Below are positions 38,710 to 47,050 of a DNA stretch of 64,000 nt, piece by piece. This DNA is from a virus: IMG/VR virus record IMGVR_UViG_3300009550_000008. One strand, 5' to 3'. The translations under genes were made by a program, and so were the position numbers. Each line of letters opens with the position of its first letter. Positions within the stretch are counted from its first letter, which is position 1. The notes under the pieces were generated by a model that saw only the letters and a list, made by a program, of their open reading frames with translations, made no database searches and was not told the DNA's origin.

Positions 38710-38820
38710 ATGCGTAACTTTGCATCATTGTCTGCCTCGTATCTTAGGAAACAGGGTAGACAATTTCATAAACTAATGAAATCGGGTAGACTGAATAAAG
38801 TAATCAACGCTTCGTTCTAA
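38710..38820 (+). CDS. 36-aa basic peptide (not in ORF track)
   Basis: MRNFASLSASYLRKQGRQFHKLMKSGRLNKVINASF; SD GGAGGAG. Confidence 0.6.
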   Translation: MRNFASLSASYLRKQGRQFHKLMKSGRLNKVINASF

Positions 38821-38918
38821 AACCCTATTGAGGATATACGACTCTAGTGTTATAATTATAGTATTAGAGTCGTGTACTAAATAAGTGAGTACATAATTTA
38901 AGGAGTGAAAAATATATT

Positions 38919-39821
38919 ATGGCAGTTGCAAATATCTATGTTTATTGTGGTGAAGGTGGGTTATCCATATCTGATGTCAATCGACTATCAGAATCACTAT
39001 CCACAAATCGTCAATGGGAATCCCACGAAGGGATTAGTCTTACAAGCTTAACCGTTATAACTAACGAGGACAGCGATCAATTCTACAATCAAGGTGGAAG
39101 AGTTATATTCCAACCATACACATATGACTATGGTGGATTTTGGAATCATATAACATGTTACAAACAAGGATATCTAGATCAACATGATGATGATAAAGTT
39201 ATAGTTATTACTACACCTATGATATGTCATGATCTAGTCGGAATCCCTATGTTAGAACATGCACCAGTACAAGGTAAGACTGAGAACGCATCACAGAATA
39301 TCGATGATGAAGATAAGAAACTCATCATAGATCAACAACTATATCCAGTGCAACAATTCAATAACTGGTACAACGATGAAACAGACTTTTCACCATTCTT
39401 TATGGGTTGTGCAGCGGGTACTGCAAGAATGATATACAATGCATTGAATGATAATATCGAAGAATTAAAAGCTGATTATGACCCAACTCCATATGGTCTA
39501 CAGCAATATCTAGAATGTGAACTCGAAGAGAAGTTCTTTTGGATGAATCAACCTAAAGGTATCATTGCACCTTATACTATAGGTAATAAGGATGCACAAC
39601 TAGAACGAAATGAACTATGGGAATCAAATGTAAGACCATGGTTTGTTGATAATCCTCCTGATGGATATGGATGGAGAGGACTAGGTGGTGAAGCTGAATC
39701 TCTTCTATGGGAATTCACTCATGAATGGCGTACCATATCAAGACAAGTAAGTTTTATACATTTCGAGGGAGACACAGATACTATTCTAGAGGATGAGTTT
39801 GCTCGATGGTGGATATTGTAA
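38919..39821 (+). CDS. Hypothetical protein, possibly degenerate glycosyltransferase-like
   Basis: SD AAGGAG; LTVITN..GFWNHI..FIHFEG pattern; weak. Confidence 0.5.
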   Translation: MAVANIYVYCGEGGLSISDVNRLSESLSTNRQWESHEGISLTSLTVITNEDSDQFYNQGGRVIFQPYTYDYGGFWNHITCYKQGYLDQHDDDKVIVITTPMICHDLVGIPMLEHAPVQGKTENASQNIDDEDKKLIIDQQLYPVQQFNNWYNDETDFSPFFMGCAAGTARMIYNALNDNIEELKADYDPTPYGLQQYLECELEEKFFWMNQPKGIIAPYTIGNKDAQLERNELWESNVRPWFVDNPPDGYGWRGLGGEAESLLWEFTHEWRTISRQVSFIHFEGDTDTILEDEFARWWIL

Positions 39822-40720
39822 AAAAATACCATAGTAAACATACTTCTTTCTTTACACCCGAAGAATGTCAACACATAATATCCGTCTTTGAGAAATACAA
39901 GGATGATATTCCACATGGAACAGAAGATGAGACTGGTTACACAGGTCTCACATCGACCTTCATGCATTATAATTGGCTATATAATGAGGAACTACAAGAC
40001 CTCAATATAGAACAACGATTATTTAATCTACCTGAATTCAGTAAATGGCAATACATGACACTCCAGTGTTGGGGTAATGCATTACATGTAGGAGAAGACC
40101 TAAAACAACATAGTCATGGTCATGATTTAAATAGTATGGGTCAGAAAGAAGAATTCAGACGGTTTATGTTCTATAATGCCAATATATTCCTTGGTGGTGA
40201 ATACGATGAAACATGGTACGAAGATCAAGGATATGTAAACAACGAGATCGGTGATATACACATATTTACATGTGATCTAGAGCATCGAGTCGATAAGAAT
40301 ACAGGGAATGATACAAGATATTCTATGGCAATCGACATATACCCTGAATTTAATAAACACCTAGACAACACCGAAAGATATAAATTATGCAAGAATGAGT
40401 ATACTAATTTCCGTGATACCATTGCAATGAGATTTTATATTGCACGGGCGTTGTTTGCAATAGATTTTCACAACACGAAGATACTCGAAGAAAGTCAGCT
40501 AGAAAATAAAAAAGCTGTCAGATTCCATACTGAACAAAGAGAACGCTTAATTGAATGGTCAAACCACTACAAAGATTGGGTACATGAACTAGAAGAAGAG
40601 AATAGACAATACGGATTTGAACCTGATGTACCACCACTGCATTTTGATGTAGATAGAGCATCCTCTAGACACACTATATTTAAGAAAGTCATCGACCCCT
40701 TTACAGATAAACCTAAGTAG
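39806..40720 (+). CDS. 2OG-Fe(II) oxygenase-like protein
   Basis: WGN..HSH..LEHRV..RYSMAID. Confidence 0.7.
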   Translation: MVDIVKKYHSKHTSFFTPEECQHIISVFEKYKDDIPHGTEDETGYTGLTSTFMHYNWLYNEELQDLNIEQRLFNLPEFSKWQYMTLQCWGNALHVGEDLKQHSHGHDLNSMGQKEEFRRFMFYNANIFLGGEYDETWYEDQGYVNNEIGDIHIFTCDLEHRVDKNTGNDTRYSMAIDIYPEFNKHLDNTERYKLCKNEYTNFRDTIAMRFYIARALFAIDFHNTKILEESQLENKKAVRFHTEQRERLIEWSNHYKDWVHELEEENRQYGFEPDVPPLHFDVDRASSRHTIFKKVIDPFTDKPK

Positions 40721-41408
40721 GTTTAGTCTTAGTCACATAGTCAGGAGCCGACTTATATCCAGTATCCTTATTGTGTTCGATATTAGTATTTAATCTATTC
40801 TCATCGAATATATTAAAGTTATACACCCATCGATCACTGTTTCTATCCCCACTATACCAATGATATGAGTATTGACTACTACAGAATAGATATGCATGAT
40901 TTACCTTCCATGGAATAAACATATCACTCTCTTCACCGTTTAATCCACAAAACATCGTAGGTACAGACTTCACAGGACGCAGCGGGAATATACAGGTCAA
41001 CATCTTACCAGCATCCGTATGAGGTGGATAATCTCTCATATTACGAGGAGAACCCTGAACCCTATCCGTAAGAAACATACGAGACTCGCGGGATACAGAC
41101 TTCTGAATATCAAAACGATAAGAAGCGTCTATATGATTGTCCCTAAACCATTCAAAGACATTATACCAGTTCTCCATGATGATTTCAGTCTTACGGGGAG
41201 TGGGTATATTAAAGATAACGGTATTAGGATAGGTATCAGAGGGGATACCATGTGTCCACATATTAGTTCCATGGTCATAGTGATCGTTACATGCATGCTC
41301 TATTGCCTCTAATTCCTTCTGAGTACAATACTCAGGAATCTCTAATACTATGCCATATTTGTCCTTGGGAAAGGGTGCAGAATATATTTTGAAGGGCAGA
41401 AAGTCCAT
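40713..41408 (-). CDS. 2OG-Fe(II) oxygenase-like protein (isolated minus-strand gene)
   Basis: YPPHTD..SYHWY..RWVYNFNI. Confidence 0.7.
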   Translation of the reverse strand: MDFLPFKIYSAPFPKDKYGIVLEIPEYCTQKELEAIEHACNDHYDHGTNMWTHGIPSDTYPNTVIFNIPTPRKTEIIMENWYNVFEWFRDNHIDASYRFDIQKSVSRESRMFLTDRVQGSPRNMRDYPPHTDAGKMLTCIFPLRPVKSVPTMFCGLNGEESDMFIPWKVNHAYLFCSSQYSYHWYSGDRNSDRWVYNFNIFDENRLNTNIEHNKDTGYKSAPDYVTKTKPT

Positions 41409-41611
41409 TTCTATTATTTATTCTGTATATAATAGGAGATATTGAGAAAAATAATGCAGAATAGGGTTAGAAAAGATTATGTGCGAAAAGTGCCTTTTGG
41501 TGCTTGTGTTCGGGGAGGCAAATCACATATTTATTTTGGAGTCAAGAGCCCCGAGAGGGTCTCGGAGGCATGCTGAGTACGGCTCAGAGAGCGGGGCAGT
41601 CCTTCGGCCAG

Positions 41612-41645
41612 GGCCTTGACAATGCCTCAGCACTTATAGTATAAT
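41612..41645 (+). promoter_or_regulatory. Early promoter (GGCCTTGACAATG class)
   Basis: TTGACA 41616-41621; TATAAT 41640-41645. Confidence 0.8.
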
Positions 41646-41883
41646 GGTTACATAATGGAGATTGAGGAGAAAAACAGTGAACTGATGGTATAGTAACGGT
41701 AAAATGGGGCGCTCGTTATGGCAGAGTGACAACCGAAAACCCCTACTGATAGAGTCCCTAGTATAAGAAGGCTTCCAAGCACATTCATTTACTGACAGCA
41801 AGAGAAGATAGCACTACTAGGGATTATCAACATATAGGAGATACTAAGGAGATACAAGCCGTCTTATTCATATAGGGAAAACC

Positions 41884-41913
41884 TTGACAATGAGTACGGC
41901 TTTTTAGTATAAT
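41884..41913 (+). promoter_or_regulatory. Early promoter
   Basis: TTGACA 41884-41889; TATAAT 41908-41913. Confidence 0.8.
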
Positions 41914-41919
41914 AATAGT

Positions 41920-42144
41920 ATGGGAAATTGTTTAAAAGGCCGTATGGTTCGATCTAATATGAGGGTTGTTATACCTCTAAGTGATGCACAGGTTGTTCTA
42001 GCGTGTGATAAAGACCCTAATAGTATGAATGATTCGTGGGATAGGATGTGTAAAAGCCTTATAGCAGGGGGCTTTCCTGACCCGCGGGGGAACATGCACA
42101 TAGACTTTATATGCATAAATGGGGTAGACAGATCATTCCATTAG
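41920..42144 (+). CDS. Hypothetical early protein (possibly leaderless)
   Basis: ATG 6 nt after the -10 box. Confidence 0.5.
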   Translation: MGNCLKGRMVRSNMRVVIPLSDAQVVLACDKDPNSMNDSWDRMCKSLIAGGFPDPRGNMHIDFICINGVDRSFH

Positions 42145-42291
42145 TGTTATAATAGGATATAAGAAACGGAATTGACTATACTATATGTCCGTGGATTGCA
42201 TATAATAGTGAAGAGTATAGTGTTGGTAAACAGAGATTCCCATGGGAGAATGAGATAGGCTCCCAAACCCTTATAGCTCGGGCCTCTCGAA

Positions 42292-42324
42292 GGCCTTGAC
42301 ATTGGCGGAGCATTATGTTATAAT
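42292..42324 (+). promoter_or_regulatory. Early promoter
   Basis: GGCC-TTGACA 42296-42301; TATAAT 42319-42324. Confidence 0.75.
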
Positions 42325-42694
42325 GGAGTGTTATGATACTCATGTCTACTCAATAGACACCAAGATAATCAATATCAATAAGTCATATCGGCTTGAGAAG
42401 AGGACGGAAGCGCCTCTGAGAATCTCTGACGCCGTCTCTCTGGCGACCGAATTAGAGTCCAAGGGACATGTCATCATGTTAGAGAAGGTCTCTCAGCAGC
42501 CTTAAAAACAGTCATATGGGACTCCTACCGAGAATGTGTTCCGCCTCAACGCCCCATACTCAAGCCTTCAACGAGTAAATAAGAGTGATAACTAATTTTT
42601 TTTTTTGGGTAAAATTTAAGGAGCTAAGGTCATCAGATCAATAACTATATCTGGCCCCCGTGGCGGATACCTCAGAGACGAAGACAAGATATAC

Positions 42695-43003
42695 ATGTTC
42701 TACTTACACTGTTCTGATATATTAGGACTAGATCAGTATCATTATCACCTAGATATAATCGTACACCCTACTTACATACATACTCATCCTGATGCATTGG
42801 GGTTGTGTTATGAGAATGATGGGGATAGTATTGAGATACATCTAGCCCGTAAGTATGTGGAGGGTCTACGGAATGATATATACCGTACTCTTGCACATGA
42901 GTTATTACATGCACGACAGACCGCTAAGGGTGAGTATATGTACGAGAGACCAGTTAGGAAGTATGAAGATTTAATTTACGAACTTGCAAAGGAGAGAATG
43001 TAA
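42695..43003 (+). CDS. Putative zincin-like metallopeptidase
   Basis: ALGLC..TLAHELLHARQ. Confidence 0.65.
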   Translation: MFYLHCSDILGLDQYHYHLDIIVHPTYIHTHPDALGLCYENDGDSIEIHLARKYVEGLRNDIYRTLAHELLHARQTAKGEYMYERPVRKYEDLIYELAKERM

Positions 43004-43243
43004 ATGAAGTATTGTGGATATGATTTTGATGTGGATAAGGGTGTGATCACCTTTGATGAGGAGTTGAATGCTGAGCGTTTTCTTTCTTTGAATGGATTCC
43101 GCGATGGTCAGGTGTGTATGTTTCGTGTATCTAATGATGGGCGTCTTGTCCTCGTATGTACCGACATACAATTAAACTGTTCTAAGGGGTATGCATGTGA
43201 TTATAATCCAGCACAAACTGTATTGCCCTTTGATGAGTTATAG
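43004..43243 (+). CDS. Hypothetical protein
   Basis: SD AAGGAG. Confidence 0.55.
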   Translation: MKYCGYDFDVDKGVITFDEELNAERFLSLNGFRDGQVCMFRVSNDGRLVLVCTDIQLNCSKGYACDYNPAQTVLPFDEL

Positions 43244-43258
43244 TGTATAATAGATAGT

Positions 43259-43567
43259 ATGAGTCCAAAGAACAGAGATTTTGATTATCAAGAAGTAAAG
43301 AATTCTAAACGAATCTTTAAGTCTGCAACTCCGAAGTATACCTTAGACTGGTATATTAAATGGGTTGCATCCGTCTTTGTCCTTGCAGCGATCTCTATGA
43401 GAGGTATCGATGGGTTTCAAATCTATGACCTAGGTCTATCCGTAGTTGGTGTAGCATTATGGTTATGGGTATCGATACTCTGGCAAGATCGTGCATTGAT
43501 TCTATTGAACGGTGTCGGTCTATTATTTTTATTACGAAACCTATTTGAGATATGGAGTATATTTTAA
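43259..43567 (+). CDS. Membrane protein (3 TM)
   Basis: DWYIKWVAS..WQDRALILLNG. Confidence 0.65.
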   Translation: MSPKNRDFDYQEVKNSKRIFKSATPKYTLDWYIKWVASVFVLAAISMRGIDGFQIYDLGLSVVGVALWLWVSILWQDRALILLNGVGLLFLLRNLFEIWSIF

Positions 43568-43842
43568 TGTATGATATAACTGAGAAAGGTCAACGACAAT
43601 ATAAAAGAGTCGTGAGATTGATATGGGGATTATATATTCTCATACCCGCTTTGTTTTTAATAACGGGATGTTCTACTGTAGAAGTATTGGATGGACTTTG
43701 TTATAACGATAAAGATGGGACATACATATGTCCTACAGAAGAAGTACCGATTGAACATCAACAACAAGATCAATGGGAACAGTGTGAACCCTTTTTAAAT
43801 CATGACGCAGAAGCATGGTCTAACTGTATGATGATAGCATAG
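43567..43842 (+). CDS. Putative lipoprotein
   Basis: Lipobox-like LITGC. Confidence 0.5.
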   Translation: MYDITEKGQRQYKRVVRLIWGLYILIPALFLITGCSTVEVLDGLCYNDKDGTYICPTEEVPIEHQQQDQWEQCEPFLNHDAEAWSNCMMIA

Positions 43843-43916
43843 ATGGATATAATCTTTTATCTATTAACCATTGTGTTTCTATATACATTATATCGAATCT
43901 ACAATGATAATAATAA

Positions 43917-44114
43917 TTGGCCATCATGAGAGTATTGCTAGATAACTACGGTGACACTCGAATCTTTTATGATCGACCTTATGGATATAAGCGTTATCAT
44001 ATTGAATGGGACGATGGGAACTGCTCGATGTTCTCAGGGTTATGGTACTCAGAAGAGAGAGTCAGGGAGATAGTAAAGAATGGGAGACAGAGTTTAATTA
44101 GAACGACTAAATAA
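43917..44114 (+). CDS. Hypothetical protein
   Basis: ORF in early cluster. Confidence 0.5.
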   Translation: MAIMRVLLDNYGDTRIFYDRPYGYKRYHIEWDDGNCSMFSGLWYSEERVREIVKNGRQSLIRTTK

Positions 44115-44118
44115 CTGT

Positions 44119-44325
44119 ATGGACTTCTTGATGGATATTTTATTATTACCTTACACATTGTTAGTGTGGGGATTGAAATACATTGTTGCAATTGGTTTGT
44201 GGTATTTGTTTTTCAATTGGTTGGTGCAAGCTGTAGATACATTTGATTGGGAAGAATATCTTCCAAGACGCAAGAAGAAATATAAACACGATTATGGAGA
44301 AGACCCCGAGGATTACATTCTATGA
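44119..44325 (+). CDS. Small membrane protein
   Basis: Hydrophobic N-terminus. Confidence 0.55.
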   Translation: MDFLMDILLLPYTLLVWGLKYIVAIGLWYLFFNWLVQAVDTFDWEEYLPRRKKKYKHDYGEDPEDYIL

Positions 44326-44498
44326 GTGATGAATTAATATTAATCCACATTGGATTTATCGTTGCATTGGTATACACCGTGTTTCGATCAGGAGAAAAAT
44401 CAGGACGAGTACAAATGGTTGAGGATATGCTTGACCGTGGTCTTATAACCGAAACAGACTTGGTTAATAAATACAATATTAAAGACAAGCATACTTAA
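44322..44498 (+). CDS. Small membrane protein (58 aa, not in ORF track)
   Basis: MSDELILIHIGFIVALVYTVF; coupled to the upstream stop. Confidence 0.5.
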   Translation: MSDELILIHIGFIVALVYTVFRSGEKSGRVQMVEDMLDRGLITETDLVNKYNIKDKHT

Positions 44499-44513
44499 AC
44501 ACATTATTATATT

Positions 44514-45707
44514 ATGAAAATTATTGGATACAACTCATCCCACGAAACATCCCTATGTCAGTTTGATTCTGATACATGGGACTTAGACTTTCTTTTCGAA
44601 GAAGAAAGGTTTAGACGAGTCAAGCAATGGACACCCGAACCACCACAACATCAGTTGTTGTGTATCGATAGAGAAGTCATACAGACACCCGATCATTTTA
44701 TTGGATGCTCTTTTGATCGAAGAGAATTCGTTCATGACTTGGGTGGTCTTGAATGGAACAGAGATTATCTTAAGTACAATAAGAAACTCAATCGTCAACT
44801 ATTAGACTTCATTGAACAGGAACAAATGACTGAGGATAGATTGATTGAGATGAATTCTACATTCCCGAATGTTTTCACTGAGTTTAATCTAGATAAACTT
44901 AAGAAGGATGACGGACAAGCGAGGGATGACTTTCTTCATTCTACTGTCGCTGAACAGCTGTTCCTCGAAGAGTTTGTTTACGAAATTCAACATCATCTTT
45001 ACCATGCAGAGTGTGGTTATTGGTTCAGTCCTTGGAGAGAGAAAGAGTCTGCAATTGCTATCGTATGTGATGGTGGTGGTGCAAAGTTATATCATGAGAA
45101 AGGATTCCCGAACTATCAAGAAGTCGAAACCGTTTACCTATGTCAACCCGATACCGTTCCTGAGAAACAATGGCAGAGAATGTCTAACTATCGTTACTTG
45201 GATATGTGGGCAGGTGATATCTTTTATGAAGAGTCTAGAGAACGAGTACAGATGGCACCTGATCTTATTAAAGACATGAACGGAGTCGAAACAGTATTCA
45301 ATAGTAAACCATCGATGGGACAAATCTTTAGTGCATTGAGTATGTTCTTTGGGTTTGATCGTCTTGGTCGTGCAGCGGGTAAAGTTATGGGTGCAGCTTC
45401 TTATCAACATTGGTACGAAGATGAGTCTTACTTTGACATGACCACATACAGTTTAGGTAATCAGTTACAACAAAAAGCTTTCGATCATACATGTAAGATC
45501 ATACAAAGAGCAGTGGATAAGAATCCTGATGTCAAGAATATAATCTTGTCAGGTGGTTATGCATTGAACTGTACTAACAATGCAAAGTATCTCGATGCAT
45601 TCCCTAATCATCAAATCTTTGTTGACCCAGTTGCACACGATGGTGGAACTGCAGTGGGTGGTGCAATCAGATTAGCTCGTGCATTAAAACATGGAGAAGA
45701 AGTATGA
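44514..45707 (+). CDS. Carbamoyltransferase N-terminal (Kae1-like) subunit, NodU/CmcH family
   Basis: EEERFRRVK, HHLYHA, DGGG, GKVMG, SGGYALNC, DGGTAVG. Confidence 0.9.
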   Translation: MKIIGYNSSHETSLCQFDSDTWDLDFLFEEERFRRVKQWTPEPPQHQLLCIDREVIQTPDHFIGCSFDRREFVHDLGGLEWNRDYLKYNKKLNRQLLDFIEQEQMTEDRLIEMNSTFPNVFTEFNLDKLKKDDGQARDDFLHSTVAEQLFLEEFVYEIQHHLYHAECGYWFSPWREKESAIAIVCDGGGAKLYHEKGFPNYQEVETVYLCQPDTVPEKQWQRMSNYRYLDMWAGDIFYEESRERVQMAPDLIKDMNGVETVFNSKPSMGQIFSALSMFFGFDRLGRAAGKVMGAASYQHWYEDESYFDMTTYSLGNQLQQKAFDHTCKIIQRAVDKNPDVKNIILSGGYALNCTNNAKYLDAFPNHQIFVDPVAHDGGTAVGGAIRLARALKHGEEV

Positions 45708-46339
45708 TCGTTACCGAGATTCACAGAGAACAATCAGTTGTCGTAGATCATTTATTAAAGAGACAACAGATCGTTGCAATCTATCAGAATCATTCCGAGT
45801 GGGGCCCAAGAGCATTGGGTAATCGTTCAATACTTTTTGACCCTACCAATCCCGAAGCAAAAGACATAGTCAACTCAGTAAAGAAGAGAGAACACTATCG
45901 TCCTTTTGCATGTACCATCCTAGAAGAATATGCACATGAGTATGTGGACATGAAACAATTGAAGTCAAGTCCATACATGTCGTTTGCATTTCAGTGTACG
46001 GAGAAAGCACTAGATGAAATCCCTGCTCTTATACATTGTGATAACACTTGCAGAATACAAACAGTTAATGAAGAACAAAATAAAAACTACTACAATCTTA
46101 TCAAAGCTATGTACGAAGAGAACGGTGTACCTATTGTTTTTAATACTAGCTTTAACCTACACGGTGAATCTATGGTAGAGACGATCTATGATGCAGTGCA
46201 TACTTGTAATCATTCAGAGATCAATCATCTGTATGTACCCGAAGATCAGGATGTACATATCCCTACAGACTTTATTAAAGTTAAAGGTGACAAAGATTAT
46301 AGCAACTTTGAGACCTCTCACAACAGGAACACTGTATAA
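45704..46339 (+). CDS. Carbamoyltransferase C-terminal (YrdC-like) subunit
   Basis: EWGPRALGNRSIL, KKREHYRPFA, HCDNTCRIQTV, NTSFN. Confidence 0.92.
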   Translation: MIVTEIHREQSVVVDHLLKRQQIVAIYQNHSEWGPRALGNRSILFDPTNPEAKDIVNSVKKREHYRPFACTILEEYAHEYVDMKQLKSSPYMSFAFQCTEKALDEIPALIHCDNTCRIQTVNEEQNKNYYNLIKAMYEENGVPIVFNTSFNLHGESMVETIYDAVHTCNHSEINHLYVPEDQDVHIPTDFIKVKGDKDYSNFETSHNRNTV

Positions 46340-46347
46340 ATAATTGA

Positions 46348-46659
46348 GTGAACATAGATATTACAGACGAAGCAATAAACCAGTTAATCTTTAAAGGAGT
46401 CGACAATGTCAGACTAGGTGTGACTGGTGGTGGATGTGCTGGAATGGAATATGTGTTTAAAGAGGATACTCCACAATCAGACGATCTAGTAATAGACTAC
46501 GGAAAGTTTTCATTTATAGTTGACCCAGTAAGTCAGCCATATCTCGAAGGTATGAGGTTAGACTTTGTTACCGAAGGTTTGAACCAGTTCTTTAAATTTA
46601 TAAACCCACACGAAGTTAGTTCATGTGGATGTGGAGTGAGTGTACAGTTTGATATATGA
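46348..46659 (+). CDS. iscA: Fe-S assembly A-type carrier (IscA/HesB)
   Basis: GGGCAGMEY, CGCGVS; TATAAATA at 46335-46342. Confidence 0.92.
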   Translation: MNIDITDEAINQLIFKGVDNVRLGVTGGGCAGMEYVFKEDTPQSDDLVIDYGKFSFIVDPVSQPYLEGMRLDFVTEGLNQFFKFINPHEVSSCGCGVSVQFDI

Positions 46660-46677
46660 AACAAACTAAATTAGATT

Positions 46678-47010
46678 ATGAAAACATCATCAGCAAAAGC
46701 AAAAGGTCGTAAGCTACAACAGTGGTTTGCAAACTTACTCGTTGAGAAATTAAATCTTGACGAAGAAGACTTGGAGTCTAGACCAATGGGTTCCCAAGGT
46801 GAAGATATCATCTTAGGAAAACAATCTAGACAAATCTTCCCTTATAGTGTAGAATGTAAGAATCAAGAGAAAGTAAATGTATGGGAAGCATATGCACAGG
46901 CAGAACAGAACTGCAAAGGATACGAACCAGTGGTAGTCATCAAAAGGAATCGACAGAAACCATTAGTCCTAGTGGACGCAGAACATTTCGTTTCTTTAAG
47001 CAAAAAATGA
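46678..47010 (+). CDS. Putative PD-(D/E)XK endonuclease/resolvase
   Basis: KAKGRKLQ..GEDI..VECKNQE. Confidence 0.65.
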   Translation: MKTSSAKAKGRKLQQWFANLLVEKLNLDEEDLESRPMGSQGEDIILGKQSRQIFPYSVECKNQEKVNVWEAYAQAEQNCKGYEPVVVIKRNRQKPLVLVDAEHFVSLSKK

Positions 47011-47050
47011 TAAATACATTCTATACAGCAATTATATGAGGATTAAGAAC

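Noticed and set aside
44514-46339. Frameshifted carbamoyltransferase pseudogene
   Set aside because: The split falls at the natural domain boundary with ATGA coupling, an SD and intact motifs in both halves
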